38,067 nucleotides of DNA from Verrucomicrobiota bacterium (GCA_019235445.1 JAFAKL010000180.1:1-38067), one strand, 5' to 3'; positions 24,786 to 35,045 are shown, counted from the first letter of the stretch. Notes: generated by a model from the letters alone, not told the origin. Numbers and translations: made by a program.

Positions 24786-26572
24786 CTTCGAAACAGCGCC
24801 CCTAATTTGGCTCCGATCGCACGAGATGCTGCGGCGATGGTCAATCCCAGGAACACCATCGCCCAAACGCCCAGCGCCGCGGCGAGATAACGGCCCTCGC
24901 CCAGGATGTTCGAAAGTTGGTAAATGGCTTTGGCAATGGGATAGTCGGCTTGTTTCTGCGCCAGGATGAGCGAGTCAGAAACTTCCAGCATTGCGAAGGC
25001 GAATGCCAGGATGGATCCTGAAAAGAGACTCGCCATAATTAAGGGAAGCGTAACCCGCTTCAACGCCCGGAATGGCGAGGCGCCGACACTCTGCGCGGCC
25101 TCTTCCAACGTGACGCTGGCTTGTTCAAAGCCGGCTGCTGCCGAACGCACCACATAAGGAATGCGGCGCACCGCATACGCGAGCACCAGGAGAACCAGCG
25201 GATTTTGCGCCGGGTCCAAAAAGCTCAGTAAACTGCTGCGTCGCGTCATGGCCAGATATCCGAACGCCAGGATCAATCCGGGAACTGCCAGAGGGAGCAT
25301 CGCCAATGTATCCAGCAAAGAGCGCCCAACGATCTTCGTCCGGGTGACCAAATAGGCGATGGTCACTCCGAGCACGACATCCACTATGGTGGATAGCGAG
25401 GCGTAAACGAGGCTGTTCTGAATGGATGGGACGGTGAGATGGTTTCCAAGCGCCAGGACGTAATGCTGGAAAGTGAACGATTGGGGAAAGACCGTGCGAT
25501 ACCAGTCTCTGGAGAACGAGACCAGGAGGACGCCGAATTGGGGCAGAAGAGCCACAAAGCAAATCGCCAAAAAGAACGAGGAGCAGAGCAGACCTCGAAG
25601 GCCGCTCAAAACGAAGAGCTGTCCGGCGTGACCACCGCGCCCCGGCATCACCGGGGGAGGCTTGCCCACCAGTGCTCGAAACGCAATATAAATCAAGGCC
25701 ACGCTAAAAAGCGTCACCGCAACCAGGGCATACGTGAATGGGTTGCTGTCGATATCGCTCAATCCGCTGAATATCTGGACCGAGGTGACTCGAGAATAGT
25801 CGAACATCAAAGGAACGCCCAGTTCCGTAAATGCCCAGACCAAGACGATGCTGCCTCCGGCGAAAATTCCCGGCATGACAAGCGGGACAACGATGCGCCA
25901 TGTACGTCGCATCCCTGTGCATCCCAGGTTCTCCGCGGCTTCAAGCAAAGCCGGGTCCACGTTGGCCAGCGCCGCAACAAGGTTCAGGTACAGGATCGGA
26001 TAGAGATGAAGTGCGTTCAGCGCAATAATTCCCCACTCGCGCCAGTCGCCCACCCAGTCGATCACTTGATTTTGGCCGAGCCAACCAATGGTGCGGAGCA
26101 GCGCGTTTACGGCGCCTTCCTGACCAAAGATCTGCAGAAACCCGATTGCCCCGACGAAAGGAGGCAGCATCATTGGTAAAAGTAAAAAAGCCGACAAGGT
26201 GCGCTTCGCCGGAAACTCGTATCGCTCGCTGATCCAGGCCAGGGGTCCTGCGATTAAGAAAGCCAGAAGAGTGCTTCCCGCCGCAAGCTTGAGGGCGTTG
26301 GTAAAGCCTTCCAGGTAAATCGGGTTCCTGAAAACTTCGCGGATATAGTCGAAGGTCAAAGCACCGGTTTGATCCAGGAATGCGCCTCGGACAGCAAGCG
26401 CGATCGGGAGAACAAAAAAAATGCCGAAAAATGCCAGGACGCTCAAATAGAGGACAAGAGTTATGCGGGAAACGCCGAATCCACGCCGGAGAGATCGGAC
26501 GACTCTCTGGAGGATGCCCCAGCGGCGTGAAGGAGCTTCGTTTGATGCTTTCGATCCGGGAATGAGCTTCAC
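24782..26572 (-). CDS. ABC transporter permease, fused double-domain (FbpB/ThiP-like, 596 aa)
   Basis: There are about 12 hydrophobic segments. The architecture has two tandem permease modules, typical of Fe3+- or thiamine-type importers. Its start overlaps the SBP stop by 4 nt. Confidence 0.85.
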   Translation of the reverse strand: MKLIPGSKASNEAPSRRWGILQRVVRSLRRGFGVSRITLVLYLSVLAFFGIFFVLPIALAVRGAFLDQTGALTFDYIREVFRNPIYLEGFTNALKLAAGSTLLAFLIAGPLAWISERYEFPAKRTLSAFLLLPMMLPPFVGAIGFLQIFGQEGAVNALLRTIGWLGQNQVIDWVGDWREWGIIALNALHLYPILYLNLVAALANVDPALLEAAENLGCTGMRRTWRIVVPLVMPGIFAGGSIVLVWAFTELGVPLMFDYSRVTSVQIFSGLSDIDSNPFTYALVAVTLFSVALIYIAFRALVGKPPPVMPGRGGHAGQLFVLSGLRGLLCSSFFLAICFVALLPQFGVLLVSFSRDWYRTVFPQSFTFQHYVLALGNHLTVPSIQNSLVYASLSTIVDVVLGVTIAYLVTRTKIVGRSLLDTLAMLPLAVPGLILAFGYLAMTRRSSLLSFLDPAQNPLVLLVLAYAVRRIPYVVRSAAAGFEQASVTLEEAAQSVGASPFRALKRVTLPLIMASLFSGSILAFAFAMLEVSDSLILAQKQADYPIAKAIYQLSNILGEGRYLAAALGVWAMVFLGLTIAAASRAIGAKLGALFRS

Positions 26573-28197
26573 TTTTCTCCCCGTGCCATCCGCTCCGCCT
26601 CACGGTATTGGTTCCGAAAATAGGTCGTCAATTCCTCCGCCAACTGCACCTCTTTCAACCGGTCGGCGGACCGCAAGGTATCCCGAATTTGCTGCACCGC
26701 GATTTCGTAGCGAACCCGCGAAACATCGAGGAGCTTTTGCCACGCCGGAGAATCGGCCGGGGCGCTGCCGATCGCCTTGCGAGCCGAAACCAGCTCTCCT
26801 CGCGAATCGATGCACATCACCCGAACCAGAAACCGGATGGCCGAAAACAGCGGCGCCGTCCAGGCTTCATGATATTCAAACTCCTGCGCATCATGATAGG
26901 GATCGGCTTCAGGATCCGCCATGTAAGCGTGGAGCGGCTCTCGGTAAAACTCTTTGCGGATCGGCAGCCTTCGCGGGGCATAGCGCTCCGGTCCGCCGGG
27001 AGTTTCAGTGCGAAAATCCCAAAGCTTTTGACCTTCGAGTTTCAGAACGAAATCGATGAACGCCTTGGCGATCTGAGGATGCGGCGCACCGCGGAGCAAC
27101 GCTATGGAGTCCGCTCCAACCGATGTGCCGCCCAGTACACTGGTATACTTCAGCCGCGTTCGACCGTCGCTTTCTGCGACCGCTTCGCTTTCAAACCGCC
27201 CATAAAAATCGATGCACATTCCTGCGGCTGCCTCCCCGTAAGCGACGTCCATGGGAACTCTCTCAGCGCCATTGCTGAAGTAGCGAGAATTTGCCGCGAG
27301 GCGAATCAGGAGCCGCAATCCTCTTTCCCAACCTTCTGCGACAGCTTGCTTTTCACGCTGCTCGGGCAGTTGCTGGCCTTCGGAAACGGTGAGTTCGTCC
27401 AAGCGTTGGTTCATTTGCTGTTGGATCATCAGTTCGAAAGCCTTGGCCACCGATCCGCTCTTGGTTGGGTCAGCCAAAGCAATCGCGTTGAACAATCGGT
27501 CACTCGTCAGATCGACCCATTGCGTGGGTGGCCTCAAGACTCCCAAGCGTGCCAGGACTCCGGTGTTATAACAGATCCCAAATTCCGCCAGACACGTACC
27601 AACCCAGCGTCCCCTGGCGTCCCAGTATTGTTCACCACCCAGCGAACGCGGGATGAGCAAATCCCCTGCGCCGCCAAACAATTCGGGAAATCGGGAAATA
27701 ACTCCGCTGTCCACGAGCAGTCCGCCGTTGGCCAGGTTGATAAAATCGAAGCTGCCCCCCCCGAAGAGGAAGTCAATTCAGCACCCTGCGTTCGAATGCA
27801 GGAAGGCGTATCTGGCCCGCTCCGCGCGCGAACCTCCATCGACCTCTCCCTGCACCCTCGGATTGGCAAATGCATTCAGTACTTCTCGATCCCAGGGAAG
27901 CCCCAGATCCGTGGTCCAATGGCTTCGGAACGACGCTTCAAATTGCGAGTTGAGGTATCGGACGATCTCCACCGTGCCGCCGGGCAATCGCCAGTCGAGA
28001 TGAACGGAGCGCCCGGTCGATTTGCGGTAGTACTCTGTAAAGGCGCGCGTGAACTCGTACCGGATCGCCTCGTTATGCGGCGAGATAACGACCAACTCGT
28101 CTTCGGCCGGGTTATTAGCAATCTCCGGTTGCCGGAACAGCAACGGCACGGCAACCACCAAGCAGAGCAGAAAGACAAACGGAACGACACTACGCAT
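26569..28197 (-). pseudogene. ABC transporter substrate-binding protein (family-1 SBP, AfuA/FbpA-like) interrupted by one in-frame TGA at 27778-27780
   Basis: The two track ORFs (27778..28197 and 26569..27714) are in the same frame. My translation across the gap reads ...FLHSNAGC * IDFLFGGGSFDFINLANGGLLVDSGVISRF... with no other stop. The signal peptide is MRSVVPFVFLLCLVVAVPLLF. Confidence 0.8.
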
Positions 28198-29257
28198 CCT
28201 TGCTCGCCCAGATAGTAACGTCTTCAGCTTCGATGCCTAAAAAGTATTCTTCGCCGGGTCGGAACCGGGCTGACCGCGGATTAAACTCCGTCACTTTGAG
28301 AAGATCTTCGTCGCATCGAAAGAGGTGCTGAGCGATCTGACCAAGGTAAGTCGTTTGGACGAGCCTCCCCCGCCAAAACTGGCCGGGCGGCTGGATTTCC
28401 GCGATCCGGATCGCTTCCGGACGCAGACAAAGGCTGACCATGGACCCAGCGTCCGCACCGGGATGCTGCGAGGCAGCGACCACGAGACTGCGCCTGCCAA
28501 GATCAATCTCGAGCAGTCCGTTTCGGACCGCCACCTGACCGGTTAGGAAATTGCCTTCCCCGATAAATTCCGCGACAAACCGGTTGCGCGGATGCCGATA
28601 GATTTCCCCCGGGGCGCCGACCTGAAGCACTTTGCCGGCGTTCAGGACGGCGATCCGGTCTCCGATGGAGAGAGCCTCCTGCTGATCGTGCGTAACGTAG
28701 ATTGAAGTCAATTGAAACTCGCGGCAGATCCGGCGGATTTCCTCCCGCATTTCCAGGCGCAGTTTAGAATCCAAATTGGATAATGGCTCATCCATGAGGA
28801 GACACGCAGGGCGCACTACCAGCGCTCGGGCCAAGGCCACTCGCTGTTGCTGGCCTCCAGAGATTTCGTGGATTTTCCGCCCAGCCAGCTCTTTAAGCCG
28901 AACAACGGTCAGAACTTCTGCCACCCGACGATCAATTTCTGATCTCGGAAGCCTTCGTTCTTCCAACCCGAAAGCAACATTTTTTTCGACTGTTAGATGA
29001 GGCCATAAAGCGTAGTTTTGAAATACCATCCCGGTATTGCGCAGATGGGGAGCAAGACGCGTCACGTCTTTGCCGTCGAACAGTATTTGTCCTTCATCCG
29101 GTTGATAGAAGCCGGCGATATGACGCAAAAGCGTTGTTTTACCGCATCCGCTCGGACCCAAAAGAAAAAAGAGCTCACCGGTAGCAACGGTTAGCCCGAT
29201 ACGGTCAAGGGCGAGAAAGTCGCCGAAAGCTTTCGAAAGATTCTCTATAGCGATCAT
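28190..29257 (-). CDS. ABC transporter ATP-binding protein (FbpC/PotA-like with a C-terminal TOBE-type domain)
   Basis: Walker A is GPSGCGKTT, the signature is LSGGQQQRVALARAL, and Walker B is LLMDEP. It overlaps the SBP start by 8 nt. Confidence 0.92.
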   Translation of the reverse strand: MIAIENLSKAFGDFLALDRIGLTVATGELFFLLGPSGCGKTTLLRHIAGFYQPDEGQILFDGKDVTRLAPHLRNTGMVFQNYALWPHLTVEKNVAFGLEERRLPRSEIDRRVAEVLTVVRLKELAGRKIHEISGGQQQRVALARALVVRPACLLMDEPLSNLDSKLRLEMREEIRRICREFQLTSIYVTHDQQEALSIGDRIAVLNAGKVLQVGAPGEIYRHPRNRFVAEFIGEGNFLTGQVAVRNGLLEIDLGRRSLVVAASQHPGADAGSMVSLCLRPEAIRIAEIQPPGQFWRGRLVQTTYLGQIAQHLFRCDEDLLKVTEFNPRSARFRPGEEYFLGIEAEDVTIWASKDA

Positions 29258-29270
29258 TCAACCGGAACCG

Positions 29271-29389
29271 AAGATCAGAGCTAAACCACAGATTACACAG
29301 AGACCGCAGAGAACCTGTCTGCCTGACACACCTGTTCCGAGCCGTCTACGCTCTCCCCTGATCTGCGAAATCTGTGGCTTCAAATCCGG
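29271..29389. repeat. Family-C repeat, copy 2 (hairpin)
   Basis: CCACAGATT (29286-29294) pairs perfectly with AATCTGTGG (29369-29377). The right arm CCCCTGATCTGCGAAATCTGTGGCTTCAAATCCGG matches 22959-22994. Confidence 0.7.
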
Positions 29390-29405
29390 TAACGCCGCCC
29401 CCGGA

Positions 29406-30383
29406 TCATTTCGCGTAGCCGTCCGGATTGGCCTGGTGCCAGCGCCAGGCGCTTTCGATGATCGCGCGTACGTGAGGATATTGCGGTACCCATCCAAGTT
29501 CCTTCCGAATTTTGCCGCTGGCGGCCACCAGCACTGCGGGATCGCCCGCGCGACGCGGCCCAACCTCCGCGCGGATCTTTGTCCCCGTCACTTCGCTGGC
29601 AGTGTCGATCACTTCCTTGACCGTGAATCCCTCGCCGTTACCCAGATTATAAAACCGGCTGCCACCGTCGAGCGCCCCCAACGCCAGGATGTGCGCCTGC
29701 GCGAGATCCACCACATGGATGTAGTCGCGTAAACAAGTCCCGTCCCGTGTCGGATAATCGGATCCGAAAATGGATACCTTTTCCCGCTTGCCCATCGCGA
29801 CCTGAAGCACAATCGGGATCAGATGAAGCTCAGGATGATGGTCTTCACCCCGAGTCAAGGTCGCTCCGGCAGCATTGAAATAGCGCAGGCAGGCAAAGCG
29901 CATTCCGTAAATCCGATCGAGCCAATGCAAAATCCGTTCCAGAATGAATTTGGATTCGCCGTACGGGCTCCCCGGGACAATCCGCTCGGATTCATCGATT
30001 GGCATCCGCTCCGGTTCGTCAAAAAGATTGGCCGTCGACGAAAGGATGATCCGTTTCACCCCGTGCTCAACCATGCTCTTGAACAGGTTCAGGCCGTTCG
30101 ACACATTGTCGCCGACGTACAAAAACGGATTTTGCATCGATTCGCCGACCAGGGTCCTGGAAGCAAAATGCATCACAGCCTCTGGACGGTGCTGCGAAAG
30201 AGCCGCATCAATCGCCTTTCGGTCTGCGAGATCCCCCTCCACAAAAATTGCTTCTGGAGGGACAGCGGCACGATGACCTTGTGATAGATTATCAAAGACC
30301 ACGACCGGTTCACCATTGTCAACCAATTGTTCGACCACCGCGCTCCCAATGTAGCCGGCTCCGCCTGTGACCAGGATCTTCAT
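29406..30383 (-). CDS. galE: UDP-glucose 4-epimerase
   Basis: The N-terminus is [14 protein letters not shown]. The catalytic motif is YGESK. Length is 325 aa. It shares an ATGA overlap with galT. Confidence 0.9.
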   Translation of the reverse strand: MKILVTGGAGYIGSAVVEQLVDNGEPVVVFDNLSQGHRAAVPPEAIFVEGDLADRKAIDAALSQHRPEAVMHFASRTLVGESMQNPFLYVGDNVSNGLNLFKSMVEHGVKRIILSSTANLFDEPERMPIDESERIVPGSPYGESKFILERILHWLDRIYGMRFACLRYFNAAGATLTRGEDHHPELHLIPIVLQVAMGKREKVSIFGSDYPTRDGTCLRDYIHVVDLAQAHILALGALDGGSRFYNLGNGEGFTVKEVIDTASEVTGTKIRAEVGPRRAGDPAVLVAASGKIRKELGWVPQYPHVRAIIESAWRWHQANPDGYAK

Positions 30384-31414
30384 GACTTCCTTTCGCTGAA
30401 GTGGATTTCCGATTGTTCGCGCAGCGTTTTCGCCGCCTGCTCTGGAATCAGGTCGCGTTGCGCCTCACCTAGCATCTCATAACCAACCATAAATTTTTTT
30501 ACCGAGGCAGAGCGCAGCAGCGGAGGATAGAAATGTGCGTGTAATTGCCAGTGCTCAAATTCACCGGCGCCGTAGGGCGCTCCATGCCAACCCATCGAGT
30601 AAGGAAAGGAAACCTGAAAGAGATTATCGTAACGCGTTAGCAGACGTTTGAGAATTTCAGCCAGACCAATTCGCTCGGACTCTTCCAAATCCGGAAACCG
30701 CGTGACGAGACGCCTGGGCAACAACATAAGTTCGTAGGGCCAAGTCGCCCAGTACGGCAGGAGCGCCACCCAATGCTGGTTCTGCAGCACGATGCGCACT
30801 TCCTCCTTCAACTCGAGATTGAGGTAATCCGCCAGCAGGACCGAGCCCTGTTCGCGCAAATAAGCCTGCTGCTGCCGATCCTCTTTGGCGGGCTCGTTCG
30901 GCAGGAAGTCGCTTGCCCAAACCTGGCCATGCGGATGCGGATTTGAGCAACCCATGATTTCGCCCTTATTTTCAAACACCTGCACCCAACGATAATCCCG
31001 TCCGAGTTTTTCGGTTTGATTTGCCCACACCTCGACGACACCCCGAATCGCATCCAGCGGCATCGCGGGCAACGTCCAATCGTGCCGTGGCGAAAAGCAG
31101 ATCACCCGGCAGGTCCCGGAGACGGACTGAGTGCGCAACAACCCCGTTTCGACCACCGAAGAGGTAGTGGTCGGCATCATCGCGGCGAAGTCGTTGGTGA
31201 AAACATAAGTCGAGGTGTAGACAGGATTTTTGGCGCCGCCCGCACGTTCGTTGCCAGGGCAGAGATAGCACTTTGGATCGTAGGGAGGGCGCGAATCCGG
31301 AGGGGTCGCCTCTTGCTTTCCTTGCCACGGCCGCTGTGTGCGGTGCGGGGAAACCAGAATCCAGTCGCCGGTTAAAGCATTGTAACGCCGATGAGGGTTT
31401 TGGGTTAAATCCAT
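30380..31414 (-). CDS. galT: Galactose-1-phosphate uridylyltransferase (type 1)
   Basis: The active-site motif is [12 protein letters not shown] (HPH). The zinc-site context is CYLCPGN. Length is 344 aa. Confidence 0.9.
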   Translation of the reverse strand: MDLTQNPHRRYNALTGDWILVSPHRTQRPWQGKQEATPPDSRPPYDPKCYLCPGNERAGGAKNPVYTSTYVFTNDFAAMMPTTTSSVVETGLLRTQSVSGTCRVICFSPRHDWTLPAMPLDAIRGVVEVWANQTEKLGRDYRWVQVFENKGEIMGCSNPHPHGQVWASDFLPNEPAKEDRQQQAYLREQGSVLLADYLNLELKEEVRIVLQNQHWVALLPYWATWPYELMLLPRRLVTRFPDLEESERIGLAEILKRLLTRYDNLFQVSFPYSMGWHGAPYGAGEFEHWQLHAHFYPPLLRSASVKKFMVGYEMLGEAQRDLIPEQAAKTLREQSEIHFSERKS

Positions 31415-31523
31415 CTTCGCACGGCCTTTGAGGTTCCTCGGCAGACGGAGCCACGGAGCCTGCTGCCGGTTCCCTTTTTCACTGATTCCAAAGTTACAGA
31501 CTTATTTCGCCTTTGTACACTTT

Positions 31524-32870
31524 TCAGGCGGCGGCTGAATATTGTATTTTCGCGCCGGCTCGCAGTTTTTCCGGGACCCATTCCCCGTGAGCGGCCAGCA
31601 GATCGTCAACCAGCGCCCAGATCTGATCCAGGTCAAGCTCCGCCGAGGTATGCGGGTCCATCATCGCCGCTTGATAAATTCGCACCGGATTCTGTTGCAG
31701 AACGGCTTCCACCGTGAGCGCTTGCACGTTAATGTTTGTTTGCATCAGCGCGGCCAAGTGAGACGGGATTCGCCCGATTCGGACGGGTTGGATCCCATTT
31801 TTGTCCACCAGACACGGAACTTCCACACAGCAACCGGTAGGCAGGTTTTCGATCAGGCTCTGATTAGCAACATTCCCGTAGACCACTCGAGGAATGCCGG
31901 TCTCGAGGCTGTGGACAATCAACGATCCAAACTCGACGCTGCGCCGGATCTCGAGCCGCTCCTCGGAATTTTCCAGTTCGGTTCGCAGATTTTCCCACTC
32001 AGCAATTTGCGATTCGCAACGGCGCGGATAATCATCGAGCGGAATATTGAACCTTTCAATCAGATCCTCCCGTCCTCGCTTGATGAACCATGGGCAATAC
32101 TCGGAAAAATGCTCGCTGGATTCGGTCACGAAATAACCTAGCCGGGTAAATAAATCGTATCGAACACGGTCGCCGGCTGGCACTCGGCCTTCGGAAACTA
32201 CCCGGCGGATTTCAGGGTAAAGATCCTGGCCGTTTCGCTCAAATTTCAGGTAGAACGCCAGGTGATTAATTCCGGCCACGACATAGTTTATCTCCTCGAT
32301 CGGCAAGCGGATATCCTGTGCGAGATCCTCCGCGGTATGCTGGACGCTGTGACAAAGACCGATCGTTCGCACCGTGGTTGCCTCGCTTAAGGCCCAGCAG
32401 TTCATGGCCATTGGATTAACGTAATTGAGATGAATGACCTCCGGGCACAGTCGTTCCATGTCCTTGCACATCTGTATCAACACCGGAATGGTCCGCAACG
32501 CCCGCATGATTCCCCCGATTCCCAGCGTGTCCGCGATGGTCTGCCGAAGACCGTATTTCTTCGGAATCTCGAAATCAGTGATCGTGCAAGGCCGGTAGCC
32601 GCCCACCTGGATCATGTTGATGGCGTAGGAAGCCCCCTCCAAGGCACGGGCCCGATCGGCCGTCGCCTCGACGGTAGCCGAAGCACCAAGGCTCTGGGCG
32701 ATCCGTCGCGCCACCACCTCGGACGTTTTCAGACGCTCCTCGTCAATATCGAACAAGCAAATCGAGAAATCGGCAAGTTCCGGGAACGACAGGAGGTCCC
32801 CGATCAGCTTCTTTGCAAAAACAGTGCTGCCTGCCCCGATAAACGTAATTTTCCTTCTTGGATCACTCAT
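31524..32870 (-). CDS. melA: GH4 family alpha-galactosidase
   Basis: KITFIGAGSTVFAKKLIGD, QVGGYRPCTITDFEIPKKYGLRQTIADTLGIGGIMRALRTIP and LNYVNPMAMNCWAL align closely with E. coli MelA by eye. Confidence 0.88.
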   Translation of the reverse strand: MSDPRRKITFIGAGSTVFAKKLIGDLLSFPELADFSICLFDIDEERLKTSEVVARRIAQSLGASATVEATADRARALEGASYAINMIQVGGYRPCTITDFEIPKKYGLRQTIADTLGIGGIMRALRTIPVLIQMCKDMERLCPEVIHLNYVNPMAMNCWALSEATTVRTIGLCHSVQHTAEDLAQDIRLPIEEINYVVAGINHLAFYLKFERNGQDLYPEIRRVVSEGRVPAGDRVRYDLFTRLGYFVTESSEHFSEYCPWFIKRGREDLIERFNIPLDDYPRRCESQIAEWENLRTELENSEERLEIRRSVEFGSLIVHSLETGIPRVVYGNVANQSLIENLPTGCCVEVPCLVDKNGIQPVRIGRIPSHLAALMQTNINVQALTVEAVLQQNPVRIYQAAMMDPHTSAELDLDQIWALVDDLLAAHGEWVPEKLRAGAKIQYSAAA

Positions 32871-33200
32871 CTCGTTTCAAAGCTTCTCAGTTATCAGCGG
32901 AAATCATTCCTTTATCCCCCGGCTCCGGGGCATGCTCTTCGGTAGCGCGGGCATAGAAAAATGTCGAGCCCGGAGCGCAACGGTAACCCTGGCTGGGTCT
33001 GGGCAGTGCATTTTTACGCGCCCGGTGCGCTGAAGGGAAACCGACTCCGGCGCCGCTTCGTGAATTCACGGCTTACCGGTAAACAGGAGCCAATTTTGGG
33101 AGCCGCAGAATTGCCGAAAGTTGGTCGAGCATAGAAGATTGCGAAAAATCCGGTGAGACTTGTGGTACCTTTCTGGGAATTTAAACCACGGAGGTTCTGA

Positions 33201-35045
33201 ATGAATTCGCGCTTCGGATTCGATCAAGATCGGCCTGAGCCGGGTAAGCCGGTTACGGCCGACGATCTTTTTGGCAACGTGCTCGCGGGCGGAGTGAAAC
33301 AGTTCAACCAGGTGCTGGCGAACGATCCGCTGCTGCGCACGATGGACCAAACGTGGAACGCCAATCCGTTCCACCAGATCGTGCCGGTCGACTGGGCCGA
33401 GATCGCGCGGACGCTCCGGACCGTTTGGCTGCAGTCTCTCGGCAAGCCGGAGAGCCTGTCGTCCGCCATGACGTTGAACGCCGAGCTTTGGAGTTCGGCG
33501 GTGGAAGTATGGAACGACGCGGCGGCGCGCTGGTGGGGTCTGGCGGATCCGAAGAAAGCTGCAGAGCCGGCAGCGGTGAGGGCCCCCGACAAGCGGTTTG
33601 CCGCTCCGGAATGGCAGAACAACCCGGTTTATCGCATGTTGATGCAGAACTACCTGCTTGCGTCCGACTGGTTGCTCAAGCGAGGCGAAGCCGTCGCCGC
33701 GGATGACGACCAACGGCGACACCTCCGGTTCCATCTGCAACAGTTTGTCGACGCGACGAGTCCGACGCTCCTGCTGCTGACCAATCCGGCTGCACTCCGA
33801 CGAGCGATGGAGACGGGCGGTGCCAGCCTCGCCGATGGGGCGCGCAACCTCCTCGCCGATTTGAAGGAAGGCCGCCTCAGCATGGTCGACGCGACGGCGT
33901 TCGCGCCGGGACGCAACCTTGCGCTAACGCCAGGGAAGGTCGTCTATCGCAATCGTCTCATCGAACTGCTGCAGTACGCACCCACGACTGAAGAGACGCA
34001 CGCCATCCCGCTGCTAATCCTGCCGCCGTGGATTAACAAGTACTACATCCTCGACATGCAGCCGAAGAACAGCCTTGTCCGCTATCTCGTTGCCCAGGGA
34101 TTCACCGTCTTCGTCGTGTCCTGGAAGAACCCCGACGCAACGATGCAGGACATCACCTTCGAGGATTACATCGAGTTGGCTCCGCTCGCAGCGAGCGACG
34201 TGGCACGCGAGATCACCGGCAGCGATACCGTCAATGTGATGGGTTACTGTATTGGCGGCACGCTGCTCGCCGTCACCCTGGCATGGCTGGCCGCCAAAGG
34301 CGACAGCCGGTTCAACTCGGCGACGTTCGTCGTTTCTCTTCAGGACTTCTCCAAGGTCGGCGACACGGCGGAGTTCCTGGGTGAAGAGAGCATGGAGTTC
34401 GTCGAACGGCAGATGATGGAACGCGGTTATCTCGACAGTCGTGAACTGGCGAACATGTTCAGCCTCTTGCGGTCGAACGACCTCATCTGGTCCAACGTCA
34501 TCAACAATTACCTGATGGGGAACAAGCCGCCGGCTTTCGACCTCCTCTACTGGAACAGCGACGGGACGCGCATGGCGCGTGCCGCCCATAGCTGGTATCT
34601 GCGCAACACCTATGTCGAGAACAACCTCATCCAGCCGGGCAAGATCCGGCTCAAGGGCGAGCCCATCGACCTCGGGCGTGTCGCGTTGGACATCTACGCG
34701 ATCGGTGCGGAGAAGGATCACATCGTGCCGTGGGGTGCCGCCTGGCAGATCACGCAGTTGGCGAGCGGCAAGGTGCGTTTCGTCCTGGCCTCCAGCGGCC
34801 ACATTGCCGGCATCATCAATCCACCCGGCGGCAAAGGAACCTACTGGACGACCGCGGACGGCGAGCGGGCCGACACGCCCGAGGCCTGGCGTAGCATGGC
34901 TGTGCCGCACGATGGAAGTTGGTGGACGGATTGGACGTCCTGGCTCGCCGAACGGTCCGGCCCCAAGGGACAGCCGCCCGCGATGGGCAGCACCGTACAT
35001 CCACCTCTCGAAGATGCTCCCGGGTGCAACGTGCTGGAGAAGTGA
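33201..35045 (+). CDS. phaC: Class I poly(3-hydroxyalkanoate) synthase
   Basis: The lipase box is GYCIGGT. The length (614 aa) and strings such as PPWINKYYILD and LLYWNSDGTRM fit class I PhaC. GGAGG lies 7 nt upstream of the ATG. Confidence 0.9.
   Translation: MNSRFGFDQDRPEPGKPVTADDLFGNVLAGGVKQFNQVLANDPLLRTMDQTWNANPFHQIVPVDWAEIARTLRTVWLQSLGKPESLSSAMTLNAELWSSAVEVWNDAAARWWGLADPKKAAEPAAVRAPDKRFAAPEWQNNPVYRMLMQNYLLASDWLLKRGEAVAADDDQRRHLRFHLQQFVDATSPTLLLLTNPAALRRAMETGGASLADGARNLLADLKEGRLSMVDATAFAPGRNLALTPGKVVYRNRLIELLQYAPTTEETHAIPLLILPPWINKYYILDMQPKNSLVRYLVAQGFTVFVVSWKNPDATMQDITFEDYIELAPLAASDVAREITGSDTVNVMGYCIGGTLLAVTLAWLAAKGDSRFNSATFVVSLQDFSKVGDTAEFLGEESMEFVERQMMERGYLDSRELANMFSLLRSNDLIWSNVINNYLMGNKPPAFDLLYWNSDGTRMARAAHSWYLRNTYVENNLIQPGKIRLKGEPIDLGRVALDIYAIGAEKDHIVPWGAAWQITQLASGKVRFVLASSGHIAGIINPPGGKGTYWTTADGERADTPEAWRSMAVPHDGSWWTDWTSWLAERSGPKGQPPAMGSTVHPPLEDAPGCNVLEK

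Noticed and set aside
27778-27780. Interpreting the in-frame TGA as selenocysteine (Cys-Sec pair, ..AGC-U-IDF..).
   Set aside because: Periplasmic solute-binding proteins are not a known selenoprotein class. The downstream hairpin has a UUCG loop and G-U-rich stem, not a recognisable bacterial SECIS apical loop. I cannot see any Sec machinery. It remains an untested possibility under the TGA finding.
26608-28215. A 535-aa plus-strand ORF, the longest ORF over this region, which spans the SBP gap.
   Set aside because: It lies antisense to a gene whose minus-strand translation has a clear signal peptide, SBP-like motifs and operon coupling. Its own product is Arg/Pro/Ser-rich with no motifs. 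I treat it as a shadow ORF.
29369-29392. Similarity of the family-C arm (GGCTTCAAATCCGG) to the tRNA-His T-arm (GGGTTCAAATCCCG), suggesting a tRNA-derived att site or tRNA-like element.
   Set aside because: The flanking 5-nt segments cannot form a T-stem (GTGGC versus CCGGT). Identity is limited to about 9 nt of TTCAAATCC. No integrase is present and the tRNA 3' end has no direct repeat.
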